Source: Hyphochytrium catenoides
Taxonomy: Eukaryota; Protista; Hyphochytriomycota
Assembly: GCA_900088475.1 (NCBI GenBank)
Contig: FLMG01001651.1
Location: forward strand, 1-64,000
Length of the DNA stretch: 64,000 bases
Direction of reading: 5' to 3'
Below the pieces are notes generated by a model. The model worked only from the letters and a program-made list of their open reading frames with translations. It was not told the origin of the DNA and made no database searches. Made by a program: the position numbers and the translations under genes. The first letter of the stretch is position 1. Each line of letters begins with the position of its first letter. Of the stretch, positions 10,333 to 21,644 are shown in pieces.

Positions 10333-13300
10333 CTATGCAGCCACAGAGGTCGGAGGCTTGACCCTGCGTTGCTCACCACTCTTCTTATGCATCTTAACAT
10401 TGGTTTTCTTTCCACATTGAGCCTTCATTCGGTGTTCTTTTCCTCCTGCAGTCACCTTCCTAGCTATCCGCTTCTGTCCTCGCTTTCTATTTCTGCGACC
10501 AGGTTGTCCGGCAGCCATCCCTTCGTCTTCACAATTGACCGATGAAGTGAGGGCCTTGATCAATGAACGGCGGAAGCTTTCGGGTCTGCTAATCACTGGA
10601 ACTGCATTCGCTTTCTGAGCTTCAGCAACACGCGCAGCCATCTTCCGAGCGAGGATCCTCATCGCTCCGGGTGTCGAACTATCCATATTTTTTCGCAAAG
10701 TTTCGTGAAGATCGCGATACAGACTTACTAGAGCTACAATGTCCTGATTTTTTTCTTGATCCGCTTCTCCCCCAAGATGGGTGTCTACTAAAAATTGCGC
10801 CTTTGCGGCAAAGTATTCTGCAAGACCAGCGAGGTCTGAAGTGGCTTGGAGACCAAGATTCAATCTCTTTCGCAAGGCTTGCCTGCTGGGATGCATGGTA
10901 GTCGGTGACTCGGGCCCTCCAAAGAAGAAGGTTGAAAAAAAGGATAATGCTGCTTGGCGTGCCGTCAAACTGAGGTCCAACTTTTCAATAAAGTCTTGCA
11001 GCGCTATGGGCTCGATCAGGTCCTCTTCCTCGACATCGGTGGCCCTTGCCGTTTGGTCTTTGCTTGTCACCGGTACATCCGTATTCACATGAACCGAGGA
11101 TATCCGATCTTGGACATTCATGAGTGGTGTCTTATCAGTCTTGTTCAATTCCTTTTCAGATTCTGCCAATCTGTGGTTAAAATCAGGTCCAACATTACTC
11201 CTAGTGCTAATCTCTCGCTCATCCCAGAAGGAAGCAATAAGAGGTGGTGGAGACCATCCTCTTGCCATTGACTTGGGCAGGCCAGGAACTGCCCCCACTG
11301 CTGTAGCTATAGGTAAGGAAGGGCAGTCACCGGTTGATAAACCTAGAGGATTCCAACTGCTCATGAGGCCCGTCAGGTCCAGGGAGGGCAGAGGCCAAGT
11401 GGAGGAGAAAGGAAGAGAGCAAGGTGTCTGCTCATTGTGTCGCGGTGCTAGTCCAGGTGGTGCGGGTACCTCTTCATAACCGCTGAGAGGGGTTACTTGC
11501 TTATCCATGCCACCGTCTTTGCTTTGGTCACTGCAGGAACCAAAGTGCAAGGGGCTACTTCCTGCAGAACTGAGTCTGTTCTTGGCTATGCTTTGTGACT
11601 CCGAGCCCAAAATGGACTGCTGGGCTGTTGCGATGGTGGTTGGGACAGCTGAGCTTGACCTTGTGGTCGAGTTCTCGTGAGAGGAGGATACGCCGCTGCC
11701 AAGGATACACTGGGCTTTCCTTGGGTTCATACCCTCAACAAGCTCTTCGTCATCGGTGTTCTTCCCTCTTGGTCTGCTCTGGGCTAGGGAAGGCTGTACT
11801 GAGGGCTTCTCCGGCTCATCCTCTGCTGCGATCGGGATGGACTCCAGCTCTCTCGCCATGGTTGCTTCCTGAAGAAAATTGCTGTGACTGTGAGGTGTGA
11901 CATCCTCGGACACTGTCAAGATGACTTGGGGAGTTGCGCTTAGTGCGTCCTGCGTCATAATACGGGAGGAGGTGGAGAGCTTGGCGGTGGAGACCATCTT
12001 CTTCTTAGTTTTTTTCTGCTTCTTCTTCCGCTTTCTATTTGTCGCTTGCCGTCCTCTTCCTGCCAGTTCAACGACCTCCTTGCTCGACTCTTCGTCGTCA
12101 AGCGAGACGATGTTAGCTTTTCCTGCGGCGACCATAGTAGATTGCTGTCCGTGTTTGGTTGAGGCCGGTGCGACCGATTCTATGGGAAAGCTATCCTCGA
12201 CTGTAGTGCTTGACTTCAACGGAGCTGGAGACGCATCTGGAAGTGAACTAGAAGAAGAGGTAGTAACTTGTTGACGAGCTTGCACTTTCTGCTTGAGCCT
12301 CTGCATCAGCTTCTTCATGTTCTCGCCCGACTTGCCGTGAGCATTTACCTTCTTCTTAGGTTTCTTATCTGCACTTATCTCGTGACCAGCGGAAGGCTCT
12401 GAAGCAGGAGTCTGAGTTTCAGTCGCCCCCAAAGGAGGCTGGCTATTAGTTCCTGCCATAAAGAGCTCTTCTTCTTCTCTTGATACTGTTTGCCCGGCTG
12501 CGATAGTAGGACCAAAGCTGACTGCAGATGGCGGCCCCGAAGAGTCTGTCTGCGGTAATCTTGTTTCTGGAACACTTTGCTTTCCAGATGGTAAGCCCTC
12601 GTCGGCCTCGAGTGCTGCCTTTTGCGTCTCAACCTTTCCCCCTTGATGAGTAGTGGGAGCTAAGGCAAGTGGTCTGCTAGGGCTGGGACACGAAGTAGTA
12701 GGCAACGCGCTTGCATTGGCGGAAGCTGACGTTCGGCGTGCCTGCTCCGTGGCGCTCTTCTGGCTATGACCTTGAACAGACCAAAGCAGTGATTCTGAGG
12801 ACCTGTAAACCTCGGGTATTACTGACGGCTGAGCACCAGCGGCAGCCTGCTTATCGGTCGTTGGTGCTGCTCTCGATGGGTCCCCTGGTCGTGCGGTCTG
12901 CCCTTTGTGACTACCCTTGTGTGAGGCCTCTTGTTGGTCTTTTTTTGAGGTCTTACATTCTGGATTTCTTCGGCCTAGTAGTGCTGCAGGTAGTTGCGAC
13001 GCTATAGAACCGCTGATAGCGATTAGATCAATGCCAAGGGCATCAAAGCCTCGCGAACGTAGTTCCACAATCCTGCAAGGAAGCTCATCTCATCTTCTCT
13101 ACTGGCGGAAAAGAAGGTTTGCGACCAGCAATGGAACCCGTCAGCTAAGGCTGGATCGGCCCAGGTGTCGCCCGATTTCAATATCTGCCCTAGACTGCCA
13201 CTGACTATTCCTAGAAGAGGAAGCAGTGGGCTGGGATCCGAATCGTCCTTAAAAGCGGAAGCGTTGCTTCCCTGTTCACTTAGCATCTCGCTCAGGGACA

Positions 13301-16300
13301 GGTAGAAGTCGCCCAGACTGCTTGGGGCCAAGTGACGGTCAAGCTGGCTGGGAGTCAGGTCTATGTCTACACAGAGATCAGAGGTTAGCCTAGCAAAGGC
13401 GCGAGCAGCTTGTTGAGCCTCAGGCGTGAGATACAGCTGACTGATTAGCTTTGTCAACGCTTTCATGATCATCTTGTCCAGAATATAGTCCTTTTGCCAC
13501 CAGCTGCCTTGACACAATACCTTGCGAGCACGATTGCCTTTGTTGAAGAGTTCATCAAACGACACAGCCTTTGTCCTCTTTGTCGCCGGCAGGTAACAGT
13601 TCTCGACATCCTTCCAAGTCAAGCGCCGTAGCAGCAAGGGCCTTTTGATATCCTTGGTGTGAATATTTGAGGGCAAGGATGATGGTGGTGAAGAGCTCTT
13701 AGATGGGGTCTTGCTGTTCACCCAAAGGATGATCGGGTATTGTCGTCGAATGGCTGTTCGGATTCCGTCCGGAGGGAGAAGCAACCCAATGATCCTTCGA
13801 TCGTCTGACTTTTGGCGCTCGACCCCAGGAAGGATTCCTGTCTCAGCACAGCTCTGTCTCATGGCTTTTGCGTCCTTTACAGGATGGCCCAAACTTGATG
13901 ACTCTCGTCTTTCTTCACTCTTTTGAAGAAAGCGTTTGAGTGGCATAGGTGAGAGATCAGGAGGAGCCCAGAGAAGCTCTTTCAGCATCTGACATCGTTT
14001 CAGATTGAGGCAGTAGGGCGCTGCCAAGTGGAAGAACTCTTGCTTGGTGCTGTCATCCAGAAGACTGGCTAGGCTGTAGTCCAGCTGCTGCCGGTCATCA
14101 TCGTCCTTTGAGAGGATCTCCTTTTCTAAGACGGCTATAACAGCCCGGCAAACAGCTAATCCTGCTTTTGCGGCTTCTCTGTTTTCCGCTCTTCTGTCAA
14201 TGAAATACTCTGCAAGTACCTCAAAACACTTGGCGACTTTGGCCAAGCTAATAGTTCTTGCTTGGCCCGTACAGGTGTAAGGACCAATGTCTTCGAAGAG
14301 GAGTTGAAAGAGCACTGAAAAGGCGTTATAGAGCACAGAATGATCGAGCTCAAGCGTCCTCAGAAAGTCCATCACGTTTTGTATGGTGGTGCTGAGAGGG
14401 CCACTGGGGAAGGCTTTAGAGCTCTCATTGCTGCTTGTGGGTCCGGAGTCTTGCTGAGGCTGACGTTGACGTGCCTTTCTTTGCCTGTTCTTTGATCCGT
14501 CATAACCAATAGCGAATAACCTTGAAGGAATGCTAGGGTCAGTCTTGGCCCCTCTCACGAGGTTGGTGGAGGAAGGAGGTCGATAGAGCTTTCTGACTAC
14601 TGGAGCTGTGGAATCGTTACCGTCGCTTGTCTGAGGTGGCGGCTGAAGTTCGATGGCATCTGGGTGCCCGGGGGTGGCTGACAGGAGCGGGTAGAGCTCA
14701 AGAATTCTATCCAGGCCGAGGTCTAAGGCAGCAGAGAGGATCTCCGCCTTCTGATCAGCGATAAAATCAGCAAGTGAGCTCTTCAGGACTTGCTTTTGGA
14801 GTACTTCTTCTGAAGCATCCTCTTGGACTTTCTGGAACAGCATTGCATCTCCTTTCTCCAAGCAGCGCATTGCCCAGTCGCTGACCTCTGTGTACTCTGG
14901 GCGGTTGGCCAACCTTACGAGCCAATCTGTTAGAACCTGCCCAAGCTCACTCATTGCATGGACATTAGGGGGCTTCTCCTCCTCCGATAGGTGGTCTCGC
15001 ATGCTGTCTTGGCTTTGAGGCAGGAGAGATACCATACACGTCTTGACAGCGGCGTAGCCCGTGGGACTAAGGTTTAGCGCCTGGATGAAGTTGAGCCAAC
15101 ATGGAGACCCGATGCCTTCCTCTTCTTCCTGCCGATGCTCTGATGATGTCTCTCTATTGTCTGCCTTATTCTGGGGGTTCCATAATAGGTCTTCGTACTG
15201 AGAGAAACCCCCTGCAGATGACTGCCCTCCTTCTGGGGCTGAAGACGATCTTGAGGTGGTTGATGACAGGCTCCAGACAGACCGCGCGGCTGGGAGTCCT
15301 TCCCTTCTATAATTCTCAGTGCCAAAAGCGTAGGGATCCGGGCTGATTGGACTGGAGAAGAGAGTTGGAGGAGGCGAATCTATTAGGAGCTCCGGCACTG
15401 ATCTACGAAGTTGAGGGTAAAGAGCTCGTAGCCGTGGAGGGAGCATCTGCAAAAGTCTTGGTCGATGCTCTTCTGGGAGAAGCTTCTCTATGCTCAAAGC
15501 AAGAGAAGGATCATCCCAGCCCCTTGCCGAAGCCAAGACGCGGCCAACCTCACCAGTCATCTTTGCGAGGAAGGAACAAAGCCCGTCCTCTCTATCCTCA
15601 CTCTCCGCTGCTAACCTCTCTTGAAATGAGGTGTAGAACGTTGAGAGAGCCTTAAGGTCCACGAGCTCCTTCACTTTAGCGCTAGGCTTCAACTGTGGGG
15701 ACAAGTCGAACAGACCCAGTAGGATTGAAAGAGCACGTTCGGCATCGACCCCTACACCAGGCAAATCGTGCAGTAAAATCTCACGGACTAGGCCCATGCA
15801 TGCGATGTTTTTGGCAGTCCCGCTCGTTGTATCGCGATTTGCGGCTATGAATGTAAGAAGACCAAGCAGGAAGTGGTGTGGGTGACCATGGAGATCGAGT
15901 GAGACTATCTGTCGAGGTCCAATTCCTAAATGCTAGCCCTAGCCCCGAGTTTGGCTTACCTTCAAATCTGTTGGGCCCCGCAGGAGCTGGTGATGAAGCT
16001 CTGTTCTTGAGGCTTTCAAGCCCATCTAGAAGCCATTTGAAGCCATCTTCTGCTTTCTCGTACCCACTGAACGCTCCTGGCGGTAGCAGTCCCCGCAAAC
16101 AATCGGCAGATTGCGCTCGGGGCCAATGCCAGAGCTTGCCACCAGCACTTTTTGTCGTCCTTACATGCTTGATCGCTCTCTCCCTGCTGTGAATCAAGTT
16201 ATTATCAGGCCTTCGGTCAGCAAACATTTGTGACCTTCTCTCAAAGTTATAAAATTATGCAGCGAATTGAAAAGTTACCTTTGTCGCTGAGGCTCTTTCC

Positions 16301-17000
16301 TTAGCTCTTTCCTGGCCGTTCGCTCATTGTGGTTTATCACCTGCATCAGCCGCTCTCTCAGGTTCCAGAGCATTTGGTGCTTGGTGATGCCATGAAGTGA
16401 GAGTCTGGCTAGCTGAAGGGTAATCCCCAGAATTGTAAAGACTAGGAGAACTCCTAGAACGGCTTCAAAGCACCTCGCTGTCGTCTCGAAGAACCTTAAA
16501 TCCATGAGTTGATTCTCTACCGGTGGCTGATAAGATCCAACGTTAGTGTTATAGAGCTGATTGTCTGGTGGCCGCTCTCCTGGCCGCTTCCACCAAGGCA
16601 CGGATGAAATCAAATGAATACTAGTAGGAGGAGCTAGAAGCGTTAAAACATGGAACAAGTCGAAGAACAGGACTTAGAAAGAAGAGATCCACCTTTCTGG
16701 ATGATACCGCTTCAAAGTGATATGAGACGGAAGTAGTGAAAGAGAGAATAAGGATATGACTCATAGACAGTGAGATAGGTGTCTTCCAGTCCCGCGGAGC
16801 TGTATCTTCAACAAACCGCCTTAGAAGACCGCTGCCTAAAGTGTAAGTGGGTTGAGCCTTTAAGCAAGGTTATTACAAAGAGGACGAGAACTTCCTCCTG
16901 AACATGGATCTTACTTCAGCATCCCCGTCGCCACACCACCTGTCTCCCGTCCGGTAGTATCTGCTTGTTCCTGCATAGACGCTATAGCGTTTTACCCTCT
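10333..17000 (-). CDS. Giant (~2,000 aa) membrane-anchored orphan protein with repeated helical domains; 5' end uncertain and possibly disrupted
   Basis: Track ORFs 16275-16658, 15781-16227, 13023-15797 and 10333-13068 join in frame through predicted introns 16187-16278, 15845-15959 and 13073-13125. First in-frame ATG is at 16505, just before a TM segment. The upstream 16660-17000 region resembles the N-terminus of ORF 6283 in other frames. Confidence 0.7.
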
Positions 17001-17082
17001 GAGGTTGACCTACGCCTGCTCTGGCTGTGACCTTTCATTTGAATCTCGTGTCTATTAGACCGCTTAGATTCTTCCAGGCCTC

Positions 17083-17089
17083 GATCTCT

Positions 17090-17125
<36 letters not shown>

Positions 17126-17270
17126 CTTCCGTGTCTCTCTTATCTCTCCTCTCGGTCTCTCTTTCTCTTTCTCTCACTTAACCGGTCTCTCTGTTTCCTC
17201 TCCCTTGGACCCTTCCTCCCATCTATGTCTCTCTCTTTCTTTCTTTCTCTCTTTCTCTCTTTCCTCTTCA
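17083..17270. repeat. (CT)n microsatellite and low-complexity tract
   Basis: Perfect (CT)n core at about 17095-17119 with imperfect flanks. Confidence 0.9.
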
Positions 17271-18405
17271 TGAAGCCCTACTCTTTGTTTGATAGCTTTG
17301 CCATCCTAATCATACTCCTCCTACCCCCAAAGCCTGTATTGTATTCTTAAGGTGGTCAGGCCATGCTGTAGACCAATTTCTGTACCGTCCCACTCTGACC
17401 TCGAACTTATTCCGGTGGCCCCATCTTAAGGTAAGCGTCACCGTCTAAGAGGTCCCTCCCTTTCCTCCTCCTCCTGCCTCTCCTGAGACTGCTGCTCCCC
17501 ATCGGATCCCCCTCCTGGAATGTTCTTTTATTCTCGGCTGTCGGCCTACAATAAAGATTGGTAAATATAATTGTAAAGGGTAGACTTAGACTACTGTTTT
17601 ACAGTAGTTCGTAGTACTTACTTGGGGAACGTCCTAGCTACTACAACGGCTCTGAAAACACAACAACAACAACAGCGATTACTTGTACAAGTACTTGAAG
17701 GCGGCGCGTTGCTCCTGGTTGGTAGCTGAGCCACATGATTCATGCTGCTCCCTACTGTGGTGTGCCCATCATCTGAGCAGGCTTCGTGGTGACGCGCGCG
17801 ATGCATATGATGACTGTTGAAAACAAATTTTAGAGATCGTCGGTGTGATCATGAGGCATGCTCCACCCTGTTGACTCTGGAGTTGCGATTGGGTCCTCTT
17901 CTGCTGGCCTCGCCTTCCTGACATCCCTTGTCTCCGGCTCTCCGGCTTCACATCACCTGCCCATCATGGCGGCGGGCGGCCCTGAGGAACTGGGCAAGAG
18001 CACAAGTGTGGGTCTGAAGGCTCGTTGAGGAGTCTAGTCAGTATAATAAGGGTCTTTCTACTTCATGCCTGCCTTCTTCTTCTTCATCATCTGATAATGA
18101 TGGACCTTCTCTCTTTCAGGCTCTCCGTGAATAGAAGTTTATGAGTTACAATGCCAAAGTTAGGGCGAGAAGCGTAATAATGAAAAAGACTGTGGTGCCT
18201 TTTCCTTGGTGCATATGGTTAATTCCCAGGTGAAGTACGGCGAATGGATGATGCGGCGGGAGTGAGAGAAGGTTGGAACAAACAGCACAAGCAGGCAAGA
18301 CCAATACCGCCAGTTGTATCTGTGACGCGTTGGTGATCTTAACGTATGGTGGCTGGGATTACTGTGCACCCATACAACAATAAAGATTAAATCGCATTTC
18401 GTCCT

Positions 18406-19770
18406 TTAGAAATCAACCGCTAGGCACTCTTCCGCTGTATAGCTGTGGTAGTCTTCTTCCGTCCCAGCAGCCCGCTTAGTGTAGCTGATCTCGTCCTCCT
18501 GGTGAGTGGATCTCATCTCTTGAGTCATCAACAGCCTTCTTTCTGTAGTACCCTCCCGCGGTGCTCCTCCTGCTATGTCTTCATCTCCAGGAGTGGAGTC
18601 TCCAACAAGCTGCTCATCACCACCGTCATCTTCTGAACCAAACGTTGTGCGGAGCAAAGAATCCAAGAAATTTCTCTCTCCGGGTGGAAGACCATTAGCT
18701 TTCGCCTTTGCTACAAGAGCCTCGTAACTCCTCCTCATGACGGGATCGCGCATGCCATTCCCTGCTCGAACTATATCAGCGAGCTGTCGATAAAGCTCGA
18801 CGACGTCCACGACTGGAGCGCCGTGGCCCTGCAGAAGAAGGTCGCTTCTGCATAGGTCGGCGGACACCTCTATAAGCTCCGCAAGAAGCATCCGCTGAAT
18901 CTCCTTATCATAATCCTCATCATCACTGCTTACTTCTTGATAGCTGTTGCAAGACCTGACATTACTTGGTGGTGAGTCCGGCTCCATATACCTAACGAAC
19001 ACATGGACATTCTCCGGGTCTTCTCGTTCCTCAGGCGCATAATTCGTCTCTCTATGGTGAGAACTATCGCAGCCATAAGCGCGAGCAGCGGGTTCGAATC
19101 CTGTAGCAGCAGTGGTGGTGATAGAAGCTTGCTGGTTATCGTCAACTCCTTTGTTTCGCCTTTTTGCTCTTCCTTTTTCCTGTGAGGCTGTGAGCACCCA
19201 GAAGTTAACTGTTGACCTTAACAAGTGGGTATCATTGAGAAATAGGGTGCTATGACTTGAGACGTACCTTTCTTCTTCATTAGGTGATAGAGAATCAGGA
19301 CCCTCACGGCGAAGCTCATCCCATCCAGAAGACACACCAAGGCGTCTACCGTAAGGCTCTTTGTAAAGGCTACTACTTGCAAAAGAGGTCCGTCAAAATC
19401 TTTCCAGGAAGCATTGGTTTTGTTAGGTCCATTATTAGGCAGCTGGAGAGTGGCGGCTGATGAGGTGCTGCTCTGACTCCTGCGACGACAATTGACCAAT
19501 ACGGAACGGAACCATCAGATAAAATGCGTAGTGGAGAGGACTACTCCTCCCAAGCAAGCTTAAAATGAGTTTGATACCTAGCTGCCTGAGTCTCGACCTT
19601 TCTTGCAACCTCCAGCTGTACGCAGCAAGCCCATGTCCAGCCGGCCAGGGCAAAAAAGAGGTTGCCACATACCGCTGTTGTACCTCTGATGATGCTCATT
19701 ATAATGAACTCTACCAGAGACACCATTTGAAGCTAATAAGGAGAGGAGGACTTCAGGAATTGGGCTGGTG
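18406..19770 (-). pseudogene. Shorter tandem paralog of the giant gene with a frameshifted 5' TM region
   Basis: Intron 19188-19267 joins a TM exon to the 309-aa ORF. The C-terminal part aligns with the last domain of the giant protein (LYRQL/LYRDL, VAKAKAN/VAEAQKAN). The N-terminal TM segments are split over three frames. Confidence 0.6.
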
Positions 19771-20929
19771 GCGCCGTCGAGCGTCTGGCTTTTATTGTTC
19801 CTCCCACGTTTGACCTTCCGTAAAAAGAGAAGTGAGGGCCGAAGAGAAGCAGTCGAAGTCCGCTAGCACCTAGTAGGGTCAAAGCAACAGCAATGGCAGC
19901 AGCAGCAACAGTAATCCAGTGCTGTTAGTGTGGATTGAGAGAGCTGTATTACTACTAAAGGTCCCTGACCATGGACGCAGAATTTTGGGTTGGTATTGAT
20001 AACACTATAATAAGCCTCGCTGCATCGTGTATCATGGAACCTTCTTATCATCACCCCTCTTTGCCTTCCTTATTACTGTCGCCATCACTATGGTAGGCGG
20101 CAGAAGACCTTGCTGCCGATTCACCTTTCTACCCCAGGCAGCGAGAGGTAACCGAGTAGGCGGTCCATAAGATGCTCTTGGTTGGTCTTCTTCTCGCTCA
20201 CCTCAACATCGCCAGCAGCAGCTACCTCTCAGCACTCGGTAGTTCGAGAGTTGTAAAATAGACTACTGTTTTGCACACTGTGAGGACGTCAGTCAATACT
20301 GTGACACAGCCAGCACCGACCCCACACCGGAGAGTTAAGCCTGTAATGCGTCACATTCTCTAGACTAAGATAACGGCTCACATACTGCGCCCGGATATTA
20401 CTCAGAGATCTTCCACCTAGCGTTTTTCATGGTAGCTTCTTCTCTTTGAAGGGTACTATTACTGCGATTATAGAGTTATCAGTTGTGAATGTGAATGATA
20501 ATGATGGACCTGTGAGATGCTTCTTAGTAGGAGGACAAGAAGCAGAAGAAAGATCGCTTGTGAAGGGCAGTGGAGGATAACGGAGCGAGCAACAAGAAGA
20601 AGAGGACAGACACATCGACTCTCCAGCGGAGAGAAAGAGTGAGAAGCCTTCGGCCAGGAATTCTTAAGAAGAGAGACAAAGAAGAGAAAGATTCAGATGG
20701 AAGATGGAAGGTGGGCGCCTACGTTCGCTCGCGACTTTCACAAAGAAGATCCACGCTAACGCTGTTCCTTCTTCAGCTGTGCGACAAGCCACAAACTACC
20801 GGTGATCTCACCTACTACCGCCCTAGGTGTAGTACTACTCTTCCTACTAACAGTGTTAAGTAGGAGGGCTTGCTCGGCTCTGTTCGTTGGACTGTCTCGG
20901 TCACCCTGCCTTCACATGCAATAAGGATT

Positions 20930-21170
20930 AAAGAAGAATTCCGACGGTTGTATCGCCAAGTACAAAGCCTGCTTCGTCGCTCAAGGGTTTCGCAGTGAGC
21001 AGGGATTGACTGAAGGGAAACATTTTCACCAGTAGCGAGTTTTCCTCGATACGCACTGTCCTAGCCATTGCTACACACCTGGACACGGAGCTCCATCGCA
21101 TGGATGTGAATCCTTCTGCCAACTTAATCGGCGAACTACACGCGGAGATCTTGATGAAGCGACCCCACGC
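20930..21170 (+). mobile_element. Degenerate Ty1/copia reverse transcriptase fragment
   Basis: KKNSDGCIAKYKACFVAQGF / GID*RETFSPVA / SSIRTVLAIATHLDTELHRMDV...GELHAEILMKRP matches the RVT_2 consensus, with frameshifts and a stop. No LTRs seen. Confidence 0.88.
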
Positions 21171-21644
21171 GTTTTTTAATCAGCCCGGCATTGAGGTCGA
21201 GTTTGCAAGTTTAGGAAAAGTCTTTCGGGTTCAAACAAGCCGGCCGCAAATGGAACCATGTCATAGACACCTTCCTAATAATGGAGCAAGCTTCATGAGA
21301 AGTGCGGCAGAAACTACGGCCCGGTGACGCCCCAGCCTAACGAAATTCGATTTAGCCAGCACTTTTCTTTATAATAATGGGTTTAGCTTTAGTTCTATTT
21401 GAGGTGGCAATGAGACAGCGGAGTCGTAGAATAAAGAAACGAGAGTCCTGTCAACGCATCGCTTAACGAAAGAGATCGAAGGTGGCAGCCAGAGGCGGAC
21501 TATCCATAAGTTTATTGCTTGCTCTGTCTGCCTTGCATATTATGATGTAGCATAGATTGAAAGTCTTAGTCCTGGTGTAGGCAGGATGATAATATAAGCA
21601 GTGTACTTTGTGGGAAAGAGAAGCCCAGCTCAAGGACTTCTAGG

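Noticed and set aside
13023-13068. Overlap of the 924-aa and 911-aa ORFs as a programmed frameshift or a viral gag-pol-like element
   Set aside because: A 53-nt GT-AG intron (13073-13125) joins them in frame. No slippery site and no RT, integrase or capsid motifs were seen.
19040-19112. tRNA-like GGTTCGAATCC T-loop/B-box
   Set aside because: The acceptor stem does not pair, the anticodon stem is poor, and it lies inside opposite-strand coding sequence (TGFEPA).
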